Origin: an uncultured Syntrophaceae bacterium
GTDB taxonomy: Bacteria; Desulfobacterota; Syntrophia; Syntrophales; UBA2210
DNA length: 48,285 nt
Direction of reading: 5' to 3'
Assembly: GCA_964387765.1 (NCBI GenBank)
Contig: CAYLXS010000002.1
Span: 1-48,285, forward strand
Below are positions 39,756-48,285 of this stretch, piece after piece. The stretch's first letter is position 1. Each line of letters begins with the position of its first letter. Both the position numbers and the translations under genes were made by a program. Under the pieces are notes generated by a model. The model was not told the DNA's origin, searched no databases, and was given only the letters and a program-made list of their open reading frames with translations.

Positions 39756-41087
39756 TTACAAATCCATTTCTATCTCTTCCACCATTCTTTTCATCTCATA
39801 ATTTTTTTCCATCAACTTTTTTATCTTATTATTCGAATAGATAACAGTTGAGTGATCCCTTCCTCCAACCTTTTCACCTATATCCGGAAAGGAATTATTA
39901 GTCAGCTTTCTTGAAAGATACATTACAACCTGACGTGAAAGTACGAGGTTTTTGTTCTTCTTTCGGGATTTTATATCCCCTACTCTAAAATTAAACTTTT
40001 TTCCTACAGCTTTTATTATTTCATCTATTGTTATTTCTTTCTTTACTGTGTGATTGATTAAGTTTTTTATAACATCCTTTACTGTATCTATTGTTATTTC
40101 TTTTCCGGTAAGAGAAGAATATGCGGCTATTCTTGTTAATGTACCCTCCAATTCTCTTATGTTTGAGTCTGCAACGAAGGCTATATAATGCGTGATATCG
40201 TTCGATATATTAATATTATTTTCCTGTGCCTTCTTTTCTATAATTGCTATTCTTGTTTCTACATCCGGAGGTTGAATATCAGCTATTAACCCCCATTCGA
40301 ACCTTGATCTTAGTCGTCCCTCAAGATTCTGTATTTCTTTTGGAAATTTATCACTTGTAACAACTATTTGTTTTCTTGAATCGTGAAGGGTGTTAAAGGT
40401 GTGAAAAAATTCTTCCTGGGTTCTTTCCTTACCAGCTATGAACTGAATATCATCAATGAGAAGAGAATCTATCTTTCTGTATTTTTCCCTGAAATTGGAC
40501 ATTTTATCATATCTGATAGAATATATCAGCTCATTCATAAATTCTTCCGCCGATACATAGAGTACATTCTTTTGTGGATACAGGAGGGTAGTATGAATAC
40601 CAATGGCGTTTAACAGGTGTGTTTTTCCAAGACCGACACCGCCGTAAATAAACAGAGGGTTATAATTATGCCCTGGCTGCTCTGCTACGGAAAGGGCTGC
40701 GGCATGAGCAAACTGATTGAATGATCCTACAACAAACCTTTCAAAGCTATAGTTTGGATTGAGAGATGAGTGCAATCGCACCGGTCTGCTTTTTGTGGTA
40801 GTTTTGGCGCTCGTATCATGTGATATATCGGTTTTCTCCGGTTTATTTACAACAAAATTTATGTCTGCACCGATGCCAGACACAGTTGAGAGAGAGTTGC
40901 TGATAATATCGACATAGTTTTCGACAAGCCAGTCCTTAAAGAACTTATTGGGTACACCCAGAAGAACATTACTATCTTCCAGCGAAACAATCCTGATAGG
41001 TTTTATCCAGGTTTCAAAGTTTTGCTGACTAACTTTTTCCTTAATTATTTTAACAGTTTCATTCCAAAATGATTCCAATATTACCAA
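39756..41087 (-). CDS. dnaA: chromosomal replication initiator protein DnaA
   Basis: 443 aa with the AAA+ Walker A motif GGVGLGKTHLL, the box VII/sensor region and a C-terminal DNA-binding domain (HSTVIYS...). The apparent start is a TTG at 41087 or 41078; there is no in-frame ATG near the N-terminus. Confidence 0.95.
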   Translation of the reverse strand: MVILESFWNETVKIIKEKVSQQNFETWIKPIRIVSLEDSNVLLGVPNKFFKDWLVENYVDIISNSLSTVSGIGADINFVVNKPEKTDISHDTSAKTTTKSRPVRLHSSLNPNYSFERFVVGSFNQFAHAAALSVAEQPGHNYNPLFIYGGVGLGKTHLLNAIGIHTTLLYPQKNVLYVSAEEFMNELIYSIRYDKMSNFREKYRKIDSLLIDDIQFIAGKERTQEEFFHTFNTLHDSRKQIVVTSDKFPKEIQNLEGRLRSRFEWGLIADIQPPDVETRIAIIEKKAQENNINISNDITHYIAFVADSNIRELEGTLTRIAAYSSLTGKEITIDTVKDVIKNLINHTVKKEITIDEIIKAVGKKFNFRVGDIKSRKKNKNLVLSRQVVMYLSRKLTNNSFPDIGEKVGGRDHSTVIYSNNKIKKLMEKNYEMKRMVEEIEMDL

Positions 41088-41102
41088 CCTTTATAAACAA
41101 TG

Positions 41103-41123
41103 TTATCAACAAGTGTTGATAGG
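41103..41123. promoter_or_regulatory. two imperfect, inverted DnaA-box-like 9-mers just upstream of dnaA
   Basis: TTATCAACA (41103..41111) and TGTTGATAG (41115..41123). They have one and two mismatches respectively to TTATCCACA / TGTGGATAA. They lie in the 80-bp parB-dnaA spacer and are plausibly dnaA autoregulatory sites. Confidence 0.45.
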
Positions 41124-41168
41124 TTTTACGGCATACAGAAAAAACGCCTCTTTATAGAAGGAGACATC

Positions 41169-42029
41169 TTACCTGTCATCTCCACTCATGATGATATCCA
41201 CCAATCTATCCAGATCATCTGAGGATGAAAATCTAATTTCTATAACGCCACCATTCCTCAATTGTTTTACGCCTGTTTTTGCCATCAATCTTTCCGATAT
41301 CTTATTCTCAAGATCTGTAATGTATGTATCTTTTTCTACCTTTTTTTTCTTTTTGAGGTGAGTATCAATGGATCTTGCCAGCCTTTCAGTTTCCCTGACA
41401 CTGAGTTTTTTCTTTATGATTTCTGTTAACAGGGTGATCTGCTTTTCCCTCGAATCAACCGACAGGATGGCTCTTGCGTGTCCTGCGGAAATATCTTTTT
41501 TTATCAGCGCATCCCTTGCTTCTGTCGGAAGATTAAGCAGGCGAAGAGAATTTGCTATGGTTGACCTGTCCTTACCTACTCGCAATGATATTTCATCCTG
41601 GGAAAGGCGAAAATTTTTTGTGAGAGTCTGGTATGCCTCCGATTCTTCTATGGGATTCAGTCCCTCGCGCTGTATGTTTTCCACGAGAGACAACTCCGCC
41701 ACATCGATATCTTTTGCATTATGCCTGATAATGATCGGCACATTCATCAATCCTGCAATCTGAGCGGCTCTCCATCTGCGTTCTCCGGCGATAATTTCAT
41801 AGCCCGACTCGATCCTTCTCACAACAATCGGTTGCAATATGCCGTTTTTCTTGATAGATGCCGCAAGGCTTCTTTGTTCTTTTCCGTTAAATATCTTTCT
41901 GGGCTGGAATTTGTTTGGCGATAATTCCTCTATTCCGCACATCGCGAAATTTGGTTTGTCAGCGGGGTTGTCCATAAGATCGGTGAATATGGCACCAAGC
42001 CCTTTGCCCAAAGCGTTCTTCTTAGACAT
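41169..42029 (-). CDS. parB: chromosome partitioning protein ParB (Spo0J)
   Basis: 286 aa with the ParB box / arginine patch GERRWRAA and an HTH region. Its ATG overlaps the parA stop (TAATG). Confidence 0.9.
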   Translation of the reverse strand: MSKKNALGKGLGAIFTDLMDNPADKPNFAMCGIEELSPNKFQPRKIFNGKEQRSLAASIKKNGILQPIVVRRIESGYEIIAGERRWRAAQIAGLMNVPIIIRHNAKDIDVAELSLVENIQREGLNPIEESEAYQTLTKNFRLSQDEISLRVGKDRSTIANSLRLLNLPTEARDALIKKDISAGHARAILSVDSREKQITLLTEIIKKKLSVRETERLARSIDTHLKKKKKVEKDTYITDLENKISERLMAKTGVKQLRNGGVIEIRFSSSDDLDRLVDIIMSGDDR

Positions 42030-42799
42030 TATATCCTTCCATTGGTCATAATCTCCCTTGCCAGCGCCATATATGAAACAGCGCCACGGGATTTTATATC
42101 GTACAGTATAATAGGCAATCCATGACTTGGGCTTTCGGAAAGCCTCACATTTCTTGGTATAACTGTTTTAAATACGTTAGACCCGAAAAAACTCCTGGCT
42201 TCGTCGGCTACCTGATGAGAAAGTCGATTTCTCTTGTCGAACATGGTAAGCAATATGCCAGCCAATGACAGGGATGGATTAAGCCTTGCCTGTACAAGCT
42301 TAACGTTGTTTAGTAAACGACCCAGTCCTTCCAGTGCAAAATATTCACACTGTAGTGGAACTATAAGCAGATCGGATGCGACAAGAGCATTAACAGTCAA
42401 GAACCCAAGAGAAGGTGGACAATCAATTATAATAAATTCATAAGAAGAGTCAATTTTTTTTAAAAAGTTTCTCAGTCTCTTTTCCCTGTTACTTAGTGAT
42501 ACGAACTCTATTTCCACACCGATCAGGTCCTGGTTGGAAGGGATAATATCGAGAGTGGGAATTTGTGTTTTGAATACAGTTTCTTCGAACGGAGCGTCTT
42601 GAATAAGGGCATAGTAAAGATTTTTCTCATTTATCGTGGACGGGTCTATGCCTACACCGCTTGTGGCATTTCCCTGAGGATCACAATCTATCAGAAGAGT
42701 TTTTCTTTCCGCGGCAGCCAGGGAAGCTGACAGATTGATAGCGGTCGTTGTTTTGCCGACGCCCCCCTTCTGGTTAGCTATGCATATGATTTTTTTCAT
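42029..42799 (-). CDS. parA: chromosome partitioning ATPase ParA (Soj)
   Basis: Deviant Walker A motif NQKGGVGKTT. The start is taken at ATG 42799 (MKKIICIA). The ORF-track start at 42811 is a TTG four codons upstream. Confidence 0.9.
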   Translation of the reverse strand: MKKIICIANQKGGVGKTTTAINLSASLAAAERKTLLIDCDPQGNATSGVGIDPSTINEKNLYYALIQDAPFEETVFKTQIPTLDIIPSNQDLIGVEIEFVSLSNREKRLRNFLKKIDSSYEFIIIDCPPSLGFLTVNALVASDLLIVPLQCEYFALEGLGRLLNNVKLVQARLNPSLSLAGILLTMFDKRNRLSHQVADEARSFFGSNVFKTVIPRNVRLSESPSHGLPIILYDIKSRGAVSYMALAREIMTNGRI

Positions 42800-42905
42800 T
42801 TCTTCAGGCAATTCTTTCGTGATCTTTGAAGTAGAAATTGATTAGATAAAGTTAGCATATAAAGAGACATTTTAGAAGTAGTAATTTGGGACAGTAGAGC
42901 TTATT

Positions 42906-43583
42906 TTATAACAGGTTCTTATGAAAACAGAGTATTTTTCTTGATTCACCTGTGACCGGAAGTTTTATTTCATGGACGCACGTCAATTCAAAGCTCGTTT
43001 TCCTGATTGTATCAGCCGCCCGTTCAAGCTCGTCATTCACATTTTCCCCCTTCATGGCTATCAGGGTGCCGCCGTCGGACAAAAATTGCTCTCCCAATGT
43101 GAGAAAATAAGCGATTTTGAAGGCAGCCCGGGATATTACGATATCAAACGAACCTCTATAATTTTTCTCATGCGTCAATGATTCCGCCCTGCCATTCACA
43201 ACCGAGATGTCCCTTAGTCCAAGCTTCCGGATGACGCTTTTGAGGAAAGATGTCTTTTTACGGGATGAATCAAGAAGGGTGACATGGAGTGCCTCCATTT
43301 TTATCTTCAGCGGAATACCGGGAAGGCCGGCTCCTGTCCCTATATCCAACAGCTTTGAATTCTCTTTTTTTATAAATTTTGTGACTGTCAGAGAATCGAT
43401 AAAGTGTTTTGGTATGTCGAGAGGAGATTTTATTGAAACAAGAGACATTTTTTCATTCCAGAGCAACAGTTCCTTGTAATATTCAAAGAGAAGATCTATC
43501 TCATGATCGGTGAGAGTTATACCGATATTCCCGGCGGTTGTGGAGATTATGTCTTTTAATTTTTCCATTTGTAACCGGTTCAC
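42906..43583 (-). CDS. rsmG: 16S rRNA (guanine527-N7)-methyltransferase RsmG (GidB)
   Basis: 225 aa with the SAM motif LDIGTGAGLPGIPL. It lies upstream of parAB as in many bacteria. The start is GTG 43583 or ATG 43568. Confidence 0.85.
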   Translation of the reverse strand: MNRLQMEKLKDIISTTAGNIGITLTDHEIDLLFEYYKELLLWNEKMSLVSIKSPLDIPKHFIDSLTVTKFIKKENSKLLDIGTGAGLPGIPLKIKMEALHVTLLDSSRKKTSFLKSVIRKLGLRDISVVNGRAESLTHEKNYRGSFDIVISRAAFKIAYFLTLGEQFLSDGGTLIAMKGENVNDELERAADTIRKTSFELTCVHEIKLPVTGESRKILCFHKNLL

Positions 43584-43704
43584 AGGATTGAAGAATGGCC
43601 CATCATGACAGGCACTGGTAATTTATGGTATAAGAGATCACTGGTAATGAATGTTAGAATACGATCGGTTTTTATGCAACCATAAACAGAACAGGAGAGA
43701 TAAT

Positions 43705-44445
43705 GTGGAAAAAGCGAAGATGGAGAACCTGACGATAGTACTTAACAGGCCGAAACATCCGGGCAATATAGGAGCTGTCGCCCGGTGCGCTAAAAATATG
43801 GGGATAAGCAGTATTATTGTTGTCAATCCCCTGAATGCCGACAGAAAAAAGATTGAACAACTGGCAACACATTTCGCTTTGGATGTTGTGGAAAAAATCA
43901 AATATTTTGACAGACTGAATCTTGCGCTTGCCCCCTTTAATCATGTGGTCGGGACGACCAGTAGATCAGGCGATACAAGCCTCAAAAGATCAATCATATA
44001 TCCGGGGAAAATGGCGGAAGATGTCGTTGATATATCTCAGAACAACAGGGTGGCGCTGGTCTTTGGTCCTGAAGACAGAGGACTTACCAATAACGAACTG
44101 CAATATTGTGATGTACTGGTAAAAATTCCCTCGTCGGAAGGCCTGAAATCAATCAATCTTTCACATGCGGTAATGATCATTTGCTATGAAATCTTTACCG
44201 CGCGTTTTGGATTCAATTCGGTTTTTACCCCGAAGCTGGCTACTTCGGCAGAGATGGAGGCAATGTATGGTCATTTGAAGGAGATGTTTGTGCGTATAGG
44301 CTTCATAAAGACCCAGAATCCTGATTACTGGATGACAAATGTGCGACGTCTCTTTTCGAGGACAAAACTGCTTGCCAGAGATGTGAAAATAATCCGTGGC
44401 ATATGCCATCAGGTCGATCTGTACGGGAAAAGGAAGACCGGATAA
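43705..44445 (+). CDS. SpoU/TrmH-family RNA 2'-O-methyltransferase (TrmJ-like)
   Basis: N-terminal IVLNRPKHPGNIGAVARCAKNMG and the C-terminal knot motif NLSHAVMIICYE. The start is taken at GTG 43705, 6 nt after AGGAGA. Alternatives are ATG 43720 and the ORF-track start at 43651. Confidence 0.75.
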   Translation: MEKAKMENLTIVLNRPKHPGNIGAVARCAKNMGISSIIVVNPLNADRKKIEQLATHFALDVVEKIKYFDRLNLALAPFNHVVGTTSRSGDTSLKRSIIYPGKMAEDVVDISQNNRVALVFGPEDRGLTNNELQYCDVLVKIPSSEGLKSINLSHAVMIICYEIFTARFGFNSVFTPKLATSAEMEAMYGHLKEMFVRIGFIKTQNPDYWMTNVRRLFSRTKLLARDVKIIRGICHQVDLYGKRKTG

Positions 44446-44530
44446 GCCGGAACCCGGAAGACAATGTTTAATTTTGTTTGAGCCCGGCTTGTCCGGATTG
44501 GGGGATTTAGAGGTAAACGATATAAAAAAC

Positions 44531-44559
44531 TTGACATTACCTTGTTCGGAACTTAGTTT
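44531..44559 (+). promoter_or_regulatory. candidate sigma70 promoter upstream of hldD
   Basis: TTGACA (44531..44536), a 17-nt spacer, then TAGTTT (44554..44559). It implies a roughly 215-nt leader before the ATG at 44780. Confidence 0.35.
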
Positions 44560-44779
44560 ACCCTTTTAAATCACGGAGAAAACTTGGTATCAGGGCGTTT
44601 CCCGGAAGCCTGGTTGAGGCTCTCCAGGAAGTGGAAGTAAGTGAAATTATAAAGAAGGCCTGGGCGAGCATGCCTTTAATAAATTTATTGAGAATAAAAA
44701 GATTGAAAGAAAGCTATACAGAAGATATGTGTCGAAATATAAGCTGGAGAAAAATCTGCCGATATTATAGGGGATTAGA

Positions 44780-45751
44780 ATGATTGTAATAACCGGAGGA
44801 GCGGGATTTATAGGCAGCGCGGTTGTATGGAAGCTGAACACACAGGGGTTTGATGATATCGTCATCGTCGACGATCTTGGAATATCCGAAAAGTGGAAAA
44901 ACATGGTCAACAGACGGTTTGTGGATTATCTCGACAGAGACGATTTTCTTGAGATGGTTCTTGATGATGCGGTGCCTTTTGATGTTGAGGCTATTGTCCA
45001 TATGGGCGCGTGTTCTTCAACTACGGAAAGAGACGCGGGTTACCTTATGGAGAACAACTATCATTACACTGCCAGACTTGCCCAGTGGGCTGTTGAGAGA
45101 AACATCCACTTTATTTATGCAAGCAGCGCGGCAACGTATGGAGATGGCTCCGGTGGGTTTTCCGATGATAAGAATGTAAGCGAGGTACTTCGCCCCATAA
45201 ATATGTACGGTTATTCCAAGCAGCTGTTTGACCTGTGGGCCTTGAGGAACGGGCTGGAAAAAAAAATTACAGGGATAAAATTCTTTAACGTCTTCGGACC
45301 TAACGAATATCACAAGGGGGACATGAGAAGCGTTATTCACAAGTCTTTTGGACAGATTAGAGAAACAGGAAAGGTTAAGCTGTTCAAATCCCACAGGCCC
45401 GATTTCCGTGATGGCGAGCAAAAAAGAGATTTTGTTTATGTGAAAGATTGCGTGGAAGTGATCTGGTGGCTGCTTGAAAACAGGGATGTTACAGGGGTAT
45501 TTAATCTCGGTACGGGTCATGCAAGGACGTGGAATGACCTGATAAAAGCGGTCTTTGTCGCGATGGGTATAGAACCCAGGATCGAATATATAGAAATGCC
45601 TGAATCAATCAGGACGCAGTATCAGTATTTTACCGAAGCAAAAATGGATAAGCTTCTATCGGCTGGGTGTCCCGTGCACACTTCCTCGTTTGAAGACGCG
45701 GTTTCAGATTATGTGGTAAATTATCTTGAAAAAGACGAGAGATATTTGTAG
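44780..45751 (+). CDS. hldD: ADP-L-glycero-D-manno-heptose 6-epimerase
   Basis: 323 aa in the SDR fold, with MIVITGGAGFIGS, a YxxxK motif (YGYSK) and an HldD-like length and C-terminus. SD AGGGGA. Confidence 0.8.
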   Translation: MIVITGGAGFIGSAVVWKLNTQGFDDIVIVDDLGISEKWKNMVNRRFVDYLDRDDFLEMVLDDAVPFDVEAIVHMGACSSTTERDAGYLMENNYHYTARLAQWAVERNIHFIYASSAATYGDGSGGFSDDKNVSEVLRPINMYGYSKQLFDLWALRNGLEKKITGIKFFNVFGPNEYHKGDMRSVIHKSFGQIRETGKVKLFKSHRPDFRDGEQKRDFVYVKDCVEVIWWLLENRDVTGVFNLGTGHARTWNDLIKAVFVAMGIEPRIEYIEMPESIRTQYQYFTEAKMDKLLSAGCPVHTSSFEDAVSDYVVNYLEKDERYL

Positions 45752-45777
45752 CGGCTGAGAATCAGGGAGAACGTGTA

Positions 45778-46581
45778 ATGAAAGTCATAAGATTCCTCGC
45801 ACAGAGCGGAGAAAAGTTGTATGGGGTGTTTGATCCCGAGATACCGGATGAGGCCCGAATAATTGCAGGCGATATTTTCGGGGATATTGAAGTAACAAAA
45901 AGAGTGGAACGTATAGACAAATTTTTACCGCCCGTCTCTCCACCGAATATAATCGCCCTTGGCCTCAATTATGGCAAGCATGCCGACGAAACAGGTATAA
46001 AGCGCCCTGAGATTCCGGTAATGTTCCTTAAGGCCACAAGCAGTTTAATTGGCCATGGGACACCCATATTACTTCCCTCCGCGGGGCCTACCGAAGTAGA
46101 TTATGAAGCGGAATTAGCTGTAATAATTGGTAAAGAAGCCAAAAATATTTCGCGGGACGATGCAGGAGAATATGTGTTAGGATATACCTGCGCCAACGAT
46201 GTAAGCGCTCGTGACTGGCAAATCCACAAGCAGAAGAAACAATGGGCAAGGGGAAAGAGCTTTGACACCTTTTGTCCGATAGGACCATATCTGGTGACAA
46301 AGGATGAAGTGGTAAATGCGAATTGCCTGAGGGTATGTTCGATACTGAATGGGGAGATCATGCAGGATTCCGATACATCCGACATGTTTTTTGACATTCC
46401 GGCGATAATCAGTAATCTCAGTTGTTCCATGACACTTTTGCCCGGGACTGTAATACTTACGGGAACACCGGGGGGTGTGGGCTTTACCAGAAATCCGCCG
46501 GTATTTCTTCAAGATGGTGATATCATTACGGTTTCCATTGAGAATATTGGTGAGCTTACGAATTCCGTGAAGAGAGAATAA
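45778..46581 (+). CDS. fumarylacetoacetate hydrolase (FAH) family protein
   Basis: 267 aa with FAH-domain sequence: YEAELAVIIGK, GYTCANDVSARDWQ and TGTPGGVG. Confidence 0.8.
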   Translation: MKVIRFLAQSGEKLYGVFDPEIPDEARIIAGDIFGDIEVTKRVERIDKFLPPVSPPNIIALGLNYGKHADETGIKRPEIPVMFLKATSSLIGHGTPILLPSAGPTEVDYEAELAVIIGKEAKNISRDDAGEYVLGYTCANDVSARDWQIHKQKKQWARGKSFDTFCPIGPYLVTKDEVVNANCLRVCSILNGEIMQDSDTSDMFFDIPAIISNLSCSMTLLPGTVILTGTPGGVGFTRNPPVFLQDGDIITVSIENIGELTNSVKRE

Positions 46582-46630
46582 TTAACGGCCATTTCGGAAA
46601 TTTTTTATTTATATATCCTGGAGGAATTAA

Positions 46631-48115
46631 ATGCATTCTAAAGACACAAAAAGAAGACGGGTTTTGCTGGGTTTAATGGTGTTTCTTGTAACGATCTTTA
46701 TAATTTCTTTTGCGGGGACGGTTCACTTCTCTGCGATATCTTTAGGGGTTTCTTCCCATGATGCCATGGCGGCGGAAACGACAGAGACAGCAAGTGGAGC
46801 CCCGCCCTCTTTTGCGGATCTGGCCGAAAAGCTGAAACCCGCAGTTGTAAATATCAGCACGACAAAGACGATAACCACCGGAGGATTCAGGTCTCCTTTA
46901 AACGATCCACGATTGGACAGGTTTTTCGGCGGGGACGACTTTTTTAAAAAGTTTTTCGGTGATATGCCGGGGAGAGAATTCAAGCAGAGAAGCCTGGGGT
47001 CCGGTTTTATCATCAGCAAGGACGGATATATCTTTACGAATAATCATGTAGTTGAAAAAGCCGATAAGATTGTAGTCAAATTGTCCAGCGGAAAGGAATA
47101 CGATGCCACGGTAAAGGGCAGAGACAAAAACACAGACATAGCCCTGCTGAAAATAGAACCGGAGGATGATCTGCCAATTGTTAAACTTGGAGATTCGTCC
47201 AAGCTGCGTGTAGGGGACTGGGTTATTGCGATAGGAAATCCATTCGGTCTTTCTCAGACAGTGACGGCGGGGATCGTAAGTGCTAAAGGAAGGGTCATAG
47301 GCGCCGGGCCTTACGATGATTTCATACAGACTGATGCTTCCATAAATCCCGGGAATAGCGGGGGCCCACTTTTCAGTCTGAATGGAGAGGTTATTGGAAT
47401 AAACACAGCTATCGTTGCTCAGGGACAGGGAATAGGCTTTGCCATACCGATAGACATGGCAAAGGATATTCTCCCAAATCTTAGAACAAAGGGGAAAGTG
47501 GTCCGTGGCTGGCTTGGCGTTTCTGTACAGGGTATAACGGAAGACATCGCCGAACGTTTAGGACTGAAAACGACTGAAGGGGCCCTTGTTTCCAATGTGT
47601 TCAAGGGAGATCCTGCGGAGAAAGCGGGTATAAAGACAGGGGATGTTATTGCTGAGATTGATGGAAAAATTGTCAGAAATACACATGAACTTATAAAAAT
47701 AGTTGCAGGCGTTACCGTGGGCGATAAGGTAAAGATTAAGGTACTGCGAGACGGAAAGCAAAAAAACTTCACAGTTAAAGTAACGGAACGCCCGGAAACC
47801 AAAGAACTGGCCGAGATGAAACACGAAGAGAATGGAAAGTACTTTGGAATGACGGTCCAGGAAATAACCCCTGAAATTGCGGAGCATCTCGGGCTTCCAA
47901 ATGTGACCGGAGTCATTATTGCACAGGTGAAAAGAGGTGGTCCGGCCGATAAGGCAAGCATACAGACGGGGGATATCATACGACAGATTAATAGATCAAA
48001 AGTTTCTTCGTTGAAGGAATATCGGAGTGTAATGTCAAGAGCGGTTTCCGGGGACAGCGTCCTCGTGCTTATACAGAGAGGAAAGTCAAAGTTCTTTGCC
48101 GTAATTCGAAAGTAA
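46631..48115 (+). CDS. periplasmic serine endoprotease, HtrA/DegP (Do) family, two PDZ domains
   Basis: N-terminal TM/signal segment. The catalytic triad contexts are TNNHVV (His), DIALLK (Asp) and GNSGGPL (Ser). Two PDZ-like segments follow. SD GGAGGA. Confidence 0.9.
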   Translation: MHSKDTKRRRVLLGLMVFLVTIFIISFAGTVHFSAISLGVSSHDAMAAETTETASGAPPSFADLAEKLKPAVVNISTTKTITTGGFRSPLNDPRLDRFFGGDDFFKKFFGDMPGREFKQRSLGSGFIISKDGYIFTNNHVVEKADKIVVKLSSGKEYDATVKGRDKNTDIALLKIEPEDDLPIVKLGDSSKLRVGDWVIAIGNPFGLSQTVTAGIVSAKGRVIGAGPYDDFIQTDASINPGNSGGPLFSLNGEVIGINTAIVAQGQGIGFAIPIDMAKDILPNLRTKGKVVRGWLGVSVQGITEDIAERLGLKTTEGALVSNVFKGDPAEKAGIKTGDVIAEIDGKIVRNTHELIKIVAGVTVGDKVKIKVLRDGKQKNFTVKVTERPETKELAEMKHEENGKYFGMTVQEITPEIAEHLGLPNVTGVIIAQVKRGGPADKASIQTGDIIRQINRSKVSSLKEYRSVMSRAVSGDSVLVLIQRGKSKFFAVIRK

Positions 48116-48285
48116 CAGAAGAAATGACAAGGGCGGTCGCTCTTTACTGTTAAAGACCATTGCTGACAAGTTTGCAAAAAGTCAGTTTTCTTCGCTCAGA
48201 ACCATTTTGGAGATGCTGTCGCCTCCCGGCTAAAAATCTAAAACTCGTGCTTGTGCATTTCGAACAGTCAGATTTTCTTAACGCC

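Noticed and set aside
41992-42012. TGGCAC ... TTGC sigma54-like motif
   Set aside because: The spacing is N8 instead of N5, and it lies inside the parB coding sequence.
44670-44783. 37-codon upstream ORF ending in an ATGA overlap with hldD
   Set aside because: It has no convincing SD, its basic sequence has no recognisable features, and hldD has its own SD. It is mentioned only as part of the leader observation.
47419-48177. 252-aa minus-strand ORF
   Set aside because: It is antisense to the htrA-like gene. Its low-complexity Ser/Phe/Pro-rich translation marks it as a shadow ORF.

Overview
This 48.3-kb chromosomal window covers the replication-initiation neighbourhood of what looks like an anaerobic, selenocysteine-using bacterium. 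The gene content resembles Desulfobacterota or syntroph-type deltaproteobacteria, but that placement is inference only. I call about 41 protein genes and one tRNA-Val(CAC). There are no rRNA genes, CRISPR arrays, transposases or phage genes.

Gene content, left to right:
- MenA-like prenyltransferase, a cupin and tRNA-Val.
- A crotonase, then a YitT membrane protein with an M16 (PreP-like) peptidase.
- A methylmalonyl-CoA pathway operon (epimerase, 12S carboxyltransferase, fused B12 mutase, MeaB). It lies divergent from a four-subunit 2-oxoacid:ferredoxin oxidoreductase (delta-alpha-beta-gamma).
- A His-rich membrane protein and an HD hydrolase.
- A TAXI-TRAP transporter operon that also encodes an amine-dehydrogenase-like enzyme and an unusually long KamA-family radical SAM aminomutase.
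- An ADP-forming acyl-CoA synthetase alpha-type protein.
- A redox operon: trxB, FmdB zinc ribbon, lgt and a CoADR/Nox-type flavoprotein.
- Archease and RtcB.
- A colinear minus-strand block rsmG-parA-parB-dnaA-dnaN-gyrB-gyrA.
- Plus-strand genes for a TrmJ-like methyltransferase, hldD, an FAH-family protein and htrA.

Most notable observations:
1. The CoADR/Nox gene has an in-frame TGA exactly at the catalytic-cysteine position. A SECIS-like hairpin follows it, and its start codon is ATGA-coupled to lgt. It is therefore almost certainly a selenoprotein that the ORF track truncates.
2. A roughly 70-nt two-hairpin element is shared (61 of 71 aligned positions) in the same position and orientation just upstream of trxB and gyrA.
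3. Two families of REP-like intergenic repeats are present.
4. A pronounced G+C trough is centred on dnaA and dnaN.
5. I could not find a canonical DnaA-box cluster or a parS site, even though this is the dnaA/parAB locus.

All coordinates and motifs come from hand inspection. No database search was possible.
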